NCBI GenBank assembly: GCA_963729605.1 | Contig: CAVSNY010000004.1 | Location: 192,001-256,000, forward strand | Length of the DNA: 64,000 bases | Direction: 5' to 3' | DNA from: an uncultured Gammaproteobacteria bacterium | GTDB taxonomy: Bacteria > Pseudomonadota > Gammaproteobacteria > DRLM01 | Shown: positions 51,303 through 60,976 of the stretch, piece by piece | Layout: each line of letters begins with the position of its first letter | Numbering within the stretch: the first letter of the stretch is position 1 | Program-made: the position numbers and the translations under genes | The notes under the pieces: generated by a model | Told to the model about the DNA's origin: nothing | What the model saw: the letters and a program-made list of their open reading frames with translations, nothing else | Databases searched by the model: none

Positions 51303-51434
51303 TTATTTGCGTTTGCTGGGGAGGCGGGCGCCGTCCTCGACGCGATAAATCTGTATCGTGAGATAGGTCAGCAGCACCGTAGTGACCACGGCGACCGCAA
51401 TGACCATATTCGTAATAAGAGCTTCGGATAACAT
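51303..51434 (-). CDS. Small single-pass membrane protein (43 aa)
   Basis: GGGAGG RBS 5 nt before ATG; MLSEALITNMVIAVAVVTTVLLTYLTIQIYRVEDGARLPSKRK; followed by a same-strand terminator. Confidence 0.65.
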   Translation of the reverse strand: MLSEALITNMVIAVAVVTTVLLTYLTIQIYRVEDGARLPSKRK

Positions 51435-51646
51435 GCTAGCCTCCCGTTGATGATCACGGCCGGAACCCGTCCGGCGTATAAACAGCCGATACCATAACAC
51501 AGCTTTTTCGGGCTGGGTAGGTGGCGGCGGGGCGGTCACGGCCCGGGTAAGGATGCCGGTCGGGCTGTGGACGTTTTGTCCCGGCCGGCGCAAGGAAAGA
51601 GGGGGTGAATAAAAGGGAATAAGGTTTGTAAGAATAAGGTTTGTAA

Positions 51647-53497
51647 TTAGAGGCCGGATTTTTTGTTTTTTCCCTGGAGCAGCGCCACGAACTCCGCCTC
51701 CGGCAGGGGCTTGCTGAAAAAGTAGCCTTGAAATTCGTCGCAATGGATGTTTTTCAGAAACGCCAGCTGGGCCTCGGTCTCCACGCCTTCCGCCACCACG
51801 TTCAAGCCCAGGCTGTGCGCCAGGGTGATGATGGTGGCGGTGATCGCGGCGTCGTCGGCGTCGTGGGGAATGTCCTTGATGAAAGAGCAATCGACCTTCA
51901 ACTCGTCCAGCGGAAAGCGCTTGAGGTAACTCAGCGACGAATAGCCAGTGCCGAAATCATCGACTGAAACCTTGAGTCCCATTTCCTTCATCTCGCGCAG
52001 GGCCGCCACGCTTTCGACGGGGTTGGCCATGATCATGCTTTCGGTGAGTTCGATGACCAGGTGTTGGGGATCCAAGCCGGTTTGCGCCAGGGTGCCGCGG
52101 ATGATTTGCACCAAGCCGTATTGACGAAACTGTTGACTCGAAACATTGACCGAAATGCGCAGTGCGCCGAGGCCGAGGGTCTGCCAGTTCTTGCAGTGGC
52201 TGCTGGCGGTATGCAGGGCCCACGCGCCGAGCTCGGTGATCAAGCCGGTATCCTCCGCGATGGGGATGAATTCGAGGGGCGATATCATGCCGAATTCGCC
52301 GTGACTCCAGCGCATCAAGGCTTCGGCGCCGATGATCTCACCGTTGCCGATGTTGATCTTGGGCTGATAATGCAGGCTGATCTCGTCGCGCGCGATCGCC
52401 TTGCGTAACTGGGTCTCCAGGCTGAGCCGCCGCTCGGAGCGGGCGTTGATCTCCGCCGAATAAAATTGATAGGTATTCTTGCCCTGTTGCTTGGCGTGCG
52501 ACATCGCGATGTCGGCGTGTTTGATCAGCGTGTCCAAGTCTTCGCCGTCGTCGGGAAATACCGCGATGCCGATGCTGGAAGTGAGGAAAATTTCCTGATT
52601 GGCGATGGTGCATGGTTTGGCCAGGGCGCCGAGGATGCGGGTCGCCACCTGCCGCGCGTTGTCGGTCTTTTCGATCAGCGGGATGAAGATGGTGAATTCA
52701 TCGCCGCCGATCCGCGATAGGTTATTAATGGCCTCATAGGTGTTCGATTTGGCGATCAGGTCATCGGGCCGCAGGCAACTTTCCAGGCGCTGTGCCACCA
52801 GCTTGAGCAGTAAATCGCCGGCCCGGTGGCCGAGGGTATCGTTGATCTGTTTGAAACGATCGAGATTGATATGCAGGACCACGCAGTATTTTCCGTCGTG
52901 TTTGGCTCGGCTGAGCGCGCGTTCGAGCCGGGTCATGAAGGTGCGGCGATTGGGCAGTCCGGTCAATCCGTCGTAATAGGCCAGACGATCCTGATAGGCC
53001 TTGGCGGCCAGCGTGTTACGCATTCGCAGAATCAGCTCGCTGGAATCCAGCGGTTTCCCCAGAAAATCGGTGGCCCCGAGTTCCAGGGCCTTCAGCTTGG
53101 TGCCGGTATCGACGGCGGAGGTCAGGATGATGACCGGTACATGCTTCAAAGCGGGCTCGGCCCTCAATCTGACCAGGATCTCGAAGCCGTCTATCTTGGG
53201 CATTTTGATGTCGAGCAGAATGACGTCCGGGTGCTGATCGAGGATGATATTGAAGGCGGCGGTAGGGTCGGTGGTGGTGATGAACTGGGTGTAACCCGCT
53301 GTTTCTAAAAACAGGCGCACCAGATCAATGACGGTTTGATCGTCGTCAATGATCATGATCCTGGCGTGGTTTTGCGAACCGGAATGTTTGTCCAAGGAAT
53401 CCATGTTCGACGCGATGATTTCTTTATCCGCCGATTTGCGTGTTTCGCTCCCGTCCTTGAAGGGATGTAATTGTTTTGGCGGCGTCAAAACTGACAA
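51647..53497 (-). CDS. REC-GGDEF-EAL protein
   Basis: REC (IIDDD, LDIKMP), RIGGDEF, AEALMRW, DDFGTGYSS; start may be ATG 53404. Confidence 0.92.
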   Translation of the reverse strand: MSVLTPPKQLHPFKDGSETRKSADKEIIASNMDSLDKHSGSQNHARIMIIDDDQTVIDLVRLFLETAGYTQFITTTDPTAAFNIILDQHPDVILLDIKMPKIDGFEILVRLRAEPALKHVPVIILTSAVDTGTKLKALELGATDFLGKPLDSSELILRMRNTLAAKAYQDRLAYYDGLTGLPNRRTFMTRLERALSRAKHDGKYCVVLHINLDRFKQINDTLGHRAGDLLLKLVAQRLESCLRPDDLIAKSNTYEAINNLSRIGGDEFTIFIPLIEKTDNARQVATRILGALAKPCTIANQEIFLTSSIGIAVFPDDGEDLDTLIKHADIAMSHAKQQGKNTYQFYSAEINARSERRLSLETQLRKAIARDEISLHYQPKINIGNGEIIGAEALMRWSHGEFGMISPLEFIPIAEDTGLITELGAWALHTASSHCKNWQTLGLGALRISVNVSSQQFRQYGLVQIIRGTLAQTGLDPQHLVIELTESMIMANPVESVAALREMKEMGLKVSVDDFGTGYSSLSYLKRFPLDELKVDCSFIKDIPHDADDAAITATIITLAHSLGLNVVAEGVETEAQLAFLKNIHCDEFQGYFFSKPLPEAEFVALLQGKNKKSGL

Positions 53498-53560
53498 TTC
53501 CTCTCATTACGGCCGGAGGCGGGCGATTGCCCTCAGGGCGCGTGGGCCTGGTTTACCCCT

Positions 53561-53586
53561 ATATCGGCATCTTTCGCACACCTTAA
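53561..53586 (-). promoter_or_regulatory. Putative sigma28 promoter
   Basis: Minus strand TTAAG-N13-GCCGATAT upstream of the REC-GGDEF-EAL gene. Confidence 0.55.
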
Positions 53587-53731
53587 TAGTGTTCGTTGCC
53601 AAACCCGAAGCCCGCCATGCGGCGCGGATAACGGGGGATAATCGCCGCTTGAGAGGTGAGTCTTTTCTTGCCCGGGACCGGCGCGCCGCGACGGCGGCGT
53701 CCATCCCTCCAGCGACAGGCCGCGCGCCGCC

Positions 53732-56700
53732 TTAGCGGGGAATTTTGAGCGGGGAAATCGAGTTTACAAATTCCTCGGCCACGACCGGATGGCCGTACCA
53801 ATGTCCTTGACCTTCGTCGCAACCCAGCGCGGCGAGAAATTGATGTTGTTCTTCGGTCTCGACGCCCTCCGCGATCACCTCGAGATTGAGGCTTTGGCCC
53901 AGCGCGATCACCGCGCGGGCGATCGCCTCGTCATTGGGATCGTGGGGAATGTCGCGGACGAAGGATTTATCGATTTTCAATTTATCCACCGGCAAGCGTT
54001 TCAGGTAACTCAAGGAAGAGTAGCCGGTGCCAAAATCGTCTATGGAAATGGTGACGCCCAACTGCTTGAGCTTGTCGAGCACGTTGACCGTCCAGGCCGT
54101 TTTCTGCATGACCAGGCTCTCGGTGATCTCCAATTCCAGACACTGCGAACCGAGACCGCTGGCTTCCAGCGCGCGACCGACGGTGGCGACGATGTCACCC
54201 CTTTGGAATTGAATACTTGAAAGGTTTACCGCCATCCGCTTCAACGGGAAGCCCGCGTCCAACCAGGTTTTCATCTGTTTGCACGCGCACTGTAATACCC
54301 ACTCGCCGATCGATTCGATCAGTCCGCATTCTTCGGCCAGCGAAATGAAGCGCGACGGCAAAATCAGCCCCATGTCGGGATGCTGCCAGCGGATGAGCGC
54401 TTCCGCGCCGATCAACTCACCGGTTTTCAGCCGGTATTGGGGTTGATAGAAAAGTATTAATTCGTTTTTTTCCAGGGCATGCCGCAGGGCGTTTTCCAAG
54501 GTCAGGCGCTCGAAGGCGGCGGCGGTGAGGGCCGTGGTGTAGAACTGATAGGCGTTACGGCCTTCTTCCTTGGCGCGGTACATCGCCGCGTCCGCGTTCC
54601 TGACCAGGGTGGCGCCTTCTTCACCGTCGCCGGGATAGAGGCTGATGCCGACGCTGACCGTCAGATGTAATTCATGGCCTTTCACTGAAAACGGATTGCC
54701 CACCGCCTCGGTGAGTTTTTTGGCCAAGTGCGCCACATCCTGCGCGTCGTCGATCTTTTCGATCAGAATGATGAATTCGTCGCCGCCCAGCCGCGCCACG
54801 GTGTCTTCCTGGCGGATCAGCCGCGTGATGCGTTTCGCCGTCTCCTTGAGCAGGATGTCGCCGACCGGATGACCGAGGCTGTCGTTGATGTTCTTGAAGC
54901 GGTCGAGATCGAGGAACAAGACCGCGACTTGATGGCCTTCGCGTTCGGCGCGTTTTAACGCGTGTTCAAGCCGGTCGTTGAACAGCAAACGATTAGGCAG
55001 TTCGGTGAGCGGATCATGATGCGCCAAAAAATCCAATTGTTCTTGCGAACGTTTGATCGCCGAGATATCGGAAAATACCGCGACATAATTGATGATGTTG
55101 TTGTCGACGTCGCGTACGACGCTGATGGTCGACCACGCGGGAAAAATCTCGCCGCTTTTCCGCCGGTCCCAGATTTCGCCCTGCCACAGCCCGGCGGTTT
55201 CGATCGCCGCCCACATGGTCCGGTAAAAATCCCGGTCATGCCGATCGGATTTTAAAATGCGCGGATTATTCCCCAGAGCGTCCTGTTCCGCATACCCGGT
55301 GATTTCGGTGAAGGCCTTGTTGACAGCGATAATCCTGTTATTGGCGTCGGTGACCACCACCGCTTCCGCGGTGTTCTTGACCACCGCGGCCAATTGGCGC
55401 AGTTCTTCTTCGGCCCGTTTGCGTTCGGTGATGTCGCGCACGAAGGCGACATGGAGTTCATGATCGCCGAGCCACAGGTGGCGCGCCGACACCTCCACGG
55501 GAAACACCACGCCGTCCTTGCGGCGATGCGTGGTTTCGGTGTGCATGGTGTCGATTTCCTCGGAGTGGTGTTGCGCCCACAACAGTCGCCATTTTTCCAT
55601 GGGGAACAACGGATCGATGTCCCATAGATGCAAGCTCAGCAATTCATCGCGGGTATAGCCGAGCGAACGGCAGGCGGTTTCGTTGACGTAGGAGAAGCCG
55701 CCGTCGCGGGTCATGAAGAAGACCCCTTCCGGGGCATTTTCCATCGAGAAGCGGTACATCTGTAACGCTTCCTCCGCCCGTTTTCGTTCGGTAATGTCGC
55801 GCCACACGGTGTAGATGGCCTGATGGTCGCCGAGGGTGATGGTGGTAAGCAGCACCTCGACCGGAAAGTCTTCGCCGTCGGTGCGGCGGTGCATCCATTC
55901 AAAGCGGTTGCTGCCTTTTTCCAGGGTGGTGCGGATGATTTCCTCGGCCTTTTCGTAGGACGGGCGGCCGTCGGGCTGATGGGCGGGCGAAAGGACCGAA
56001 GGATGCAGCGAGAGGAATTGTTTTTTGTCGGTGGCGCGCATCATCTCGACGGTGGCCTGATTGCAGTCGGTGAATACGCCGTTTTCAAAAAGCAGGATGG
56101 CGTCGGCGGATTTTTCGAAGAGCGAACGGAAGCGGGCTTCGCGTTCTTGGATGGCGGCTTCGGCCTGCTTGCGTTCGCTGATGTCGCGCACGAAGGCGAC
56201 GTGGTGGCCCTTTTCGGGGAGCCAGAGATGTTTCGCCGAGACTTCCACGGGAAATACCGTCCCATCCTTACGGCGATGCAAGGTTTCGGTGAAGACCGTG
56301 TCGGCTTTGGTGGCGATGATCTCGTCCCAGCGTGCCTTTGGGAAAACCGGATCGATGTCCCATAGTTTCAGTCCCATCAGCTCTTGCCGGGTATATCCCA
56401 GCGAGCGGCAGGCCCGGTCGTTCACATAGGAAAATCCGCCGTCGCTGGTCATCAAGAACACCGCGTCCGGCGCGTGCTCCATGAAGAACTGATACATGTG
56501 CAGCGCCTCTTCGGCCTGTTTGCGGTCGGTGATGTCGCGCACGAAGGCGACGTGATAATCGGCATCGACCAGCCAGAGGTGCTTCGCGGAGATTTCGACG
56601 GGGAAGAGACTGCCGTTCTTATGGCGGTGAGTCGCCTCCACCTGGTGGACCGGGACCTTGTTTTTTTGAAACCGTTGCCACATCGCCTCCCAACCGGATT

Positions 56701-56944
56701 CCGAGATGGCGGGGTCGATGTCCCACAGTTTAAGACTCATTAATTCATCGCGGCTGTGGCCGAGCGAGAGGCAGGCCTGTTCATTGACGTAGAAGAACCC
56801 GCCGCCGCTGCTTATGATGAACACGCCTTCCGGCGCATATTCTATGGAAGACAAAAACAGTTGCAGGGTTTCTTCGGTGAGGTTGCGTTCGCCGGCAATC
56901 CACGCCTTGCCGTCGAAATGTAACTGGGGCTCGCTGGACGTCAT
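53732..56944 (-). CDS. Cytoplasmic 5xPAS-GGDEF-EAL protein (1070 aa)
   Basis: Five PAS domains ending in DIT/DIS motifs; FLDLDRFK, RLGGDEF, AEALIRW, DDFGTGYSS all intact. Confidence 0.94.
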   Translation of the reverse strand: MTSSEPQLHFDGKAWIAGERNLTEETLQLFLSSIEYAPEGVFIISSGGGFFYVNEQACLSLGHSRDELMSLKLWDIDPAISESGWEAMWQRFQKNKVPVHQVEATHRHKNGSLFPVEISAKHLWLVDADYHVAFVRDITDRKQAEEALHMYQFFMEHAPDAVFLMTSDGGFSYVNDRACRSLGYTRQELMGLKLWDIDPVFPKARWDEIIATKADTVFTETLHRRKDGTVFPVEVSAKHLWLPEKGHHVAFVRDISERKQAEAAIQEREARFRSLFEKSADAILLFENGVFTDCNQATVEMMRATDKKQFLSLHPSVLSPAHQPDGRPSYEKAEEIIRTTLEKGSNRFEWMHRRTDGEDFPVEVLLTTITLGDHQAIYTVWRDITERKRAEEALQMYRFSMENAPEGVFFMTRDGGFSYVNETACRSLGYTRDELLSLHLWDIDPLFPMEKWRLLWAQHHSEEIDTMHTETTHRRKDGVVFPVEVSARHLWLGDHELHVAFVRDITERKRAEEELRQLAAVVKNTAEAVVVTDANNRIIAVNKAFTEITGYAEQDALGNNPRILKSDRHDRDFYRTMWAAIETAGLWQGEIWDRRKSGEIFPAWSTISVVRDVDNNIINYVAVFSDISAIKRSQEQLDFLAHHDPLTELPNRLLFNDRLEHALKRAEREGHQVAVLFLDLDRFKNINDSLGHPVGDILLKETAKRITRLIRQEDTVARLGGDEFIILIEKIDDAQDVAHLAKKLTEAVGNPFSVKGHELHLTVSVGISLYPGDGEEGATLVRNADAAMYRAKEEGRNAYQFYTTALTAAAFERLTLENALRHALEKNELILFYQPQYRLKTGELIGAEALIRWQHPDMGLILPSRFISLAEECGLIESIGEWVLQCACKQMKTWLDAGFPLKRMAVNLSSIQFQRGDIVATVGRALEASGLGSQCLELEITESLVMQKTAWTVNVLDKLKQLGVTISIDDFGTGYSSLSYLKRLPVDKLKIDKSFVRDIPHDPNDEAIARAVIALGQSLNLEVIAEGVETEEQHQFLAALGCDEGQGHWYGHPVVAEEFVNSISPLKIPR

Positions 56945-57319
56945 GCTCGGTTTCCCCTTGCTCAGGTCACGCGTTTTTTATATTTCATTCAAGGAACAGA
57001 TGCGGCGGGAGTTCGGAAAATAGCTTCTTTTTCAGAATCACTATTCTCATGAAGGGCGGTAATTCCATGGGAATTCCCTCCAGCGGTGATTGTTATCGAC
57101 TCCCCGAAGCCAAGTCGATGCCCGGACGGCGGCATCAACGGCAGTCGTCGCCGTTATCTGAACCAGTTCCCCCTCGTAAGCGATAGCGTATCGGTGTCGC
57201 TCGTTGCGTTACTTGTTATGGGTATGCGAAAAGCCGCGCCAGTCGCTACCCAGCTAACCCGGATGTGGTGCGAGCTTAACCCGAAAACCAGGGTAACGGA
57301 TATATGTTTAGTCGGCGGG

Positions 57320-57428
57320 ATTCAATCGGTCCGAGTGCGCACGGGGAATGAACCCCCGCGCTTGCTTACAGGGGAGTCTCGCATCGCCTTGTCCTCGCGG
57401 CAGGCCGCGGGGAATTTTGAGATTAAAA
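57320..57428 (-). repeat. Repeat family B copy (internally deleted)
   Basis: Reverse complement ttttaatctcaaaattccccgcggcctgccgcg...ctcccctgtaagcaagcgcgggggttca..ggaccgattgaat matches both ends of the 39785 copy. Confidence 0.7.
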
Positions 57429-57435
57429 TGGCTAG

Positions 57436-57580
57436 GGAATCTGAGCGATTTATGCGGAGGTCCTGCGGCATATGGATGGGCATTTTCAAGGGTGTCGGTC
57501 ATTGAAAATGAAGGGAAGCGAAAATCACATTTCGCTTCCCTCGCTTTGAAAATCCCAGGATGAAATTATTCGAAGTCTTG
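57436..57580 (+). mobile_element. Repeat family A copy 3 (decayed ends)
   Basis: CTAG-ggaatctga..tcctgcggca..cattttcaa..cattgaaaatg..gcgaaaatc..tttcgc..ccaggatgaaattattc colinear with copy 1. Confidence 0.75.
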
Positions 57581-57680
57581 CTGATCTCGCGATGCGGCGC
57601 ACGGTCGCACCGGTCGCACCGAATCGGGGTTAAATTTTTTATCTCCTTATTTTGCGCAAGGTAAAAAACGGGTGATGGAT

Positions 57681-58493
57681 TTATTGATTGGGCATTAAGC
57701 CCACCGCGACGCTGCGCATGTCGATGGCGCCCATCTCTATTCCTTCCACGGGAAAACTGACGGCTTCACCCGGCTGCTGTTGCGCGATCACATACAGCAG
57801 CGGCAAATAATGTTCCGGGGTCGGCACACTCAGCCGGGCGTCCTCGCCGTTGCCCAAATAATGGAGCAAGGGCGTGTGTTCGCCGGCCAGCACATGCCCG
57901 CGCACCCAATCGGAAAAGCGTTGCGACCAAGCGTAGGGCGGCGTGTCGTCGGCCCAGGTCAGGCGGCGCAGATTGTGGACGATGTTGCCGCTGCCGATGA
58001 TCAGCACTCCCTCGTCGCGCAGCGGCGCCAGCCGCCGCGCGAGTGCGTAATGCCAGTCGGAGGATTGTGTCGCGTCGAGACTGAGTTGTACCACGGGAAT
58101 GTCGGCCTGCGGAAAGGCATGTACCAGCACCGACCACGTGCCGTGGTCGAGTCCCCAGCCCTGGGTGGTGTCCTCGTCCAATGCCACCGGCACCGGGGCA
58201 AGCAGCTGTTGCACCCGGTGCGCCAAGGCGGGGGCCCCCGGCGCCGGATACTGGACCTCGAACAAGGCGCGGGGAAAACCGCCGAAGTCGTGGATGGTGC
58301 GCGGCCGCGCCATGGCGGTGACCGCCGTGCCGCGGATATACCAATGCGCGGACACCGAAAGTATGGCGGCGGGACGGGGCAGCGACGCCCCCAGTCCCCG
58401 CCAGGCCTCGGTGTAGCGGTTGGGTTCGATGGCGTACATGGGATTGCCATGGCCGAAGAAGATTGCCGGCATACGCGGGGGCGGTGTGGTCAT
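57681..58493 (-). CDS. ygiD: 4,5-DOPA extradiol dioxygenase (LigB family)
   Basis: FFGHGNPM, SAHW, TIHDFGGFP, WGLDHGTW, GSGNIVHNL, PTPEHYLPL. Confidence 0.92.
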   Translation of the reverse strand: MTTPPPRMPAIFFGHGNPMYAIEPNRYTEAWRGLGASLPRPAAILSVSAHWYIRGTAVTAMARPRTIHDFGGFPRALFEVQYPAPGAPALAHRVQQLLAPVPVALDEDTTQGWGLDHGTWSVLVHAFPQADIPVVQLSLDATQSSDWHYALARRLAPLRDEGVLIIGSGNIVHNLRRLTWADDTPPYAWSQRFSDWVRGHVLAGEHTPLLHYLGNGEDARLSVPTPEHYLPLLYVIAQQQPGEAVSFPVEGIEMGAIDMRSVAVGLMPNQ

Positions 58494-58538
58494 CGTCTTC
58501 TCCTTTCCCGATTGAATGTGGGTTCGCCGGTTTCCATG

Positions 58539-58949
58539 TCAGGCGCGCGACGTAGCGCGTTCGGCCGACAACGGTCCGCTGCCATGTACGACGATGTACA
58601 AGAGTCCGCCCATGATCGCCAGATTCTTCATGAAGTGGATCATCTGATTCTGCGCCTGCTCGGCGGGCATCGCCCAGAAATTGTGGAAGACCAGCGCGGT
58701 GGTCGCGGTGAACAAGAACAGCGCCGCCGCCGCCCAGCGGGCCTTGTAACCGGCGGCGATCAGCAATCCACCGCCCAATTCGACCACGATCGCCACCACC
58801 GCCGCGATCGCCGGCAGCGGCAGACCGACGCTGGCGATGTAGCCTACGGTGCCTTCGTAGCCGGCGATCTTGTTCCAGCCGGCCATGATGAAGATTAACG
58901 CGATTAAAATACGGCCCACCAAGGGGCCGACGGTTTGCAGGGTGTTCAT
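58539..58949 (-). CDS. DoxX family membrane protein
   Basis: GRILIALIFIMAGWNKI, ELGGGL, HNFW, FMKNLAIMGG. Confidence 0.92.
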   Translation of the reverse strand: MNTLQTVGPLVGRILIALIFIMAGWNKIAGYEGTVGYIASVGLPLPAIAAVVAIVVELGGGLLIAAGYKARWAAAALFLFTATTALVFHNFWAMPAEQAQNQMIHFMKNLAIMGGLLYIVVHGSGPLSAERATSRA

Positions 58950-59013
58950 GACTGTTCCTTTCGTTGTGAAGCGTCGTGCATATCGCACGAGGCGGATTTA
59001 CGGCTTGAATTTT

Positions 59014-59031
59014 CTCCCCCATGCGGGGGAG
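59014..59031. repeat. Short REP-like palindrome
   Basis: ctccccc-atgc-gggggag hairpin between co-oriented genes. Confidence 0.4.
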
Positions 59032-59074
59032 AGTGGATTTCAAACTGTCTGCGATTGAGGAGGGCGCTTACCGC

Positions 59075-59944
59075 TCAGCGCGCGAAAAAGTCCTCGATCA
59101 AGTTATCGAGCGGCGGCGCGGGGTGGCCCACCAAGGCGGCGAAATCGCCGGTGACTCGATCGAAGTTGCCCACCGCCACCGCCGTGTACATATTGGCGAT
59201 GGCCCGCGCCATCCATTCAGGCACTTTGTATTCAACGAGGGCCTGGGCGTAGTCGTCTTCGCTGACCGGCTGATAACGGATGGGTTTGCCGGTGACCCGC
59301 CCCAGCGCGGCAGCCACCTCGTGAAAGGTGTGCGTGGCCGGACCGGTCAATTCGTAGATGGTTTTTTCCAAACGGTCTTTGACCGCCACGGCGGCGAGGG
59401 CCTGCCCGAGTTCCGCGCGGCTGATGAAGCTGGTGCGTCCTTCACCCGCCGAGAGATAAAACACCCCGGATTGCAAGGCGCCGCCGACGGTCATCGGCAG
59501 ATAATCGGCGTAGAGCGGATTGCGCAGTATCGCCAATTCCAGGCCGCTGGCTCGCAGTTCGGCCTCGGTGGCGTGGTGGACCGCGGCGAACTCCGACGGC
59601 GAATCGGCCTTCACGTCGAGAAAGCTGGTGTAGATGATCCGTTTGACGCCCGCGGCCTTGGCGGCGCGGATGGCGGTGCGATGCTGGGCGATGCGCAGTT
59701 CTTTGGGGCCGTCGGTGGAGATCAGCACCAGCCGCTCGACACCGGCGAAGGCCTGGGCGAGGGTCTCGGGTTTATCGAAATCGCCGTGGCGGACCGTGAT
59801 GCCGCGCTCGGCGAGCTCGTCGGCCTTGGCCGGATCGCGCACGCTGACCGCGAGTTGTTCGAGGGACGACGGGCCCAGCCGTTTGGCCAGGTGTTCGACG
59901 GTGTGGCGGCCGAGGTGGCCGTTGGCTCCTGTGACTAAAATCAT
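59075..59944 (-). CDS. NmrA/SDR-family NAD(P)H oxidoreductase (QorB/YtfG-like)
   Basis: MILVTGANGHLG Rossmann motif, AKAAGVKRIIYTS, LRNPLY, YELTGP. Confidence 0.9.
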   Translation of the reverse strand: MILVTGANGHLGRHTVEHLAKRLGPSSLEQLAVSVRDPAKADELAERGITVRHGDFDKPETLAQAFAGVERLVLISTDGPKELRIAQHRTAIRAAKAAGVKRIIYTSFLDVKADSPSEFAAVHHATEAELRASGLELAILRNPLYADYLPMTVGGALQSGVFYLSAGEGRTSFISRAELGQALAAVAVKDRLEKTIYELTGPATHTFHEVAAALGRVTGKPIRYQPVSEDDYAQALVEYKVPEWMARAIANMYTAVAVGNFDRVTGDFAALVGHPAPPLDNLIEDFFAR

Positions 59945-60022
59945 GGCGGTACTCCTTGAGTTGGGTGTACTAACTATAGGCCACCGATGCGCACCTAAAT
60001 AGTGGACAATCGGCTCTTGTCA

Positions 60023-60039
60023 GTTGCAGAATCGGCAAC
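60023..60039. promoter_or_regulatory. LysR-type T-N11-A operator
   Basis: GTTGC-N7-GCAAC inverted repeat just before the LysR start, in a divergent promoter. Confidence 0.6.
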
Positions 60040-60040
60040 A

Positions 60041-60976
60041 ATGGATCAACTGGCCGCCATGAGGATGTTCGTCAGGGTCGCAGAGGCGGGGAGTTTCGCC
60101 GCCGTCGCCGCCCAGCTCGGCCTCGCCCGCTCGGTGATCACCCGCCAGATCGCCGCGCTCGAGGCGCGGCTCGGTACCAAACTCATCGCCCGCAGCACGC
60201 GCCGGCTGGCGCTCACCGCCGCCGGCGCGGCGTACCTGGAAAAATGCCGCGAGATCCTGGCGCTGGTCGAGGAAGCGGAGGGCGATTTGTCCGACGCGCG
60301 GCGGGAAATTCGCGGCAGACTGCGCCTGTCGGTGCCGCTGAGTCTCGGCGTGCGTCATCTGATGGCGATGATCTCCGAATTCACCACCCTCCATCCGCGG
60401 CTGAACGTCGAGATCGATTTCACCGACCGCCGCATCGATTTGATCGCCGAGGGCATGGACCTCGCCGTGCGGGTGGCGGCGGAGCTGGACGAGACCGTGG
60501 TCGCGCGCCGTTTGGGAATCTGCCGTTCGGTGGTGGTGGCGTCGCCCGCCTATCTGGCGCGCCACGGCCGGCCCCGCCATCCGCGCGAATTGATCGACCA
60601 CGAATGTTTCGGTTATGTGCCTACCTTACGTTCGAGCTGGCCGTTCATCATCAATCATAAACTGACCTGGGTGCGCACCCACGGCCGCATCCAGGCCAAC
60701 AACGGCGACGCCCTGCTCGACGCCGCGATCCGCGGTCTCGGAATCACCTATCAGCCGACCTTCATCGCCGCGCAGGCCATCGCGGCGGGACAGGTCGAGC
60801 CCATCCTCACCGACTATCCGCCCATCGAAATGAACCTGTACGCGATCTTTCCCGGTGGGCGTTACGTGCCGCATCCGGTGCGGGCGCTGGTGGATTTTCT
60901 GGCCGAACGGGTCGGCGATCAGCCGCCGTGGGATCGCCATGGACCGGATCGACCCGAACCGCCCGGCCGGCTTTAA
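60041..60976 (+). CDS. LysR family transcriptional regulator (CrgA-like)
   Basis: MDQLAAMRMFVRVAEAGSFA, RSTRRLALT, VASPAYL; divergent from the nmrA-doxX-ygiD genes. Confidence 0.94.
   Translation: MDQLAAMRMFVRVAEAGSFAAVAAQLGLARSVITRQIAALEARLGTKLIARSTRRLALTAAGAAYLEKCREILALVEEAEGDLSDARREIRGRLRLSVPLSLGVRHLMAMISEFTTLHPRLNVEIDFTDRRIDLIAEGMDLAVRVAAELDETVVARRLGICRSVVVASPAYLARHGRPRHPRELIDHECFGYVPTLRSSWPFIINHKLTWVRTHGRIQANNGDALLDAAIRGLGITYQPTFIAAQAIAAGQVEPILTDYPPIEMNLYAIFPGGRYVPHPVRALVDFLAERVGDQPPWDRHGPDRPEPPGRL

Noticed and set aside
53498-53731. c-di-GMP riboswitch near the GGDEF/EAL genes
   Set aside because: No GGCAAA..GAAA..GCAAAG class I signature visible here or in other spacers; not excluded without an Infernal scan
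53735-53749. 15-nt match to the family-B head at the 3' end of the PAS gene (encodes LKIPR)
   Set aside because: Too short and lacks the hairpin; may be chance
57223-57243. Sigma54-like CTGGCGCGGCTTTTCGCA upstream of the PAS-GGDEF-EAL gene
   Set aside because: GG-to-GC spacing is 11 rather than the obligatory 10
57086-57563. ORFs of 64-139 aa between the PAS gene and ygiD
   Set aside because: They overlap repeats A and B and have no recognisable protein features
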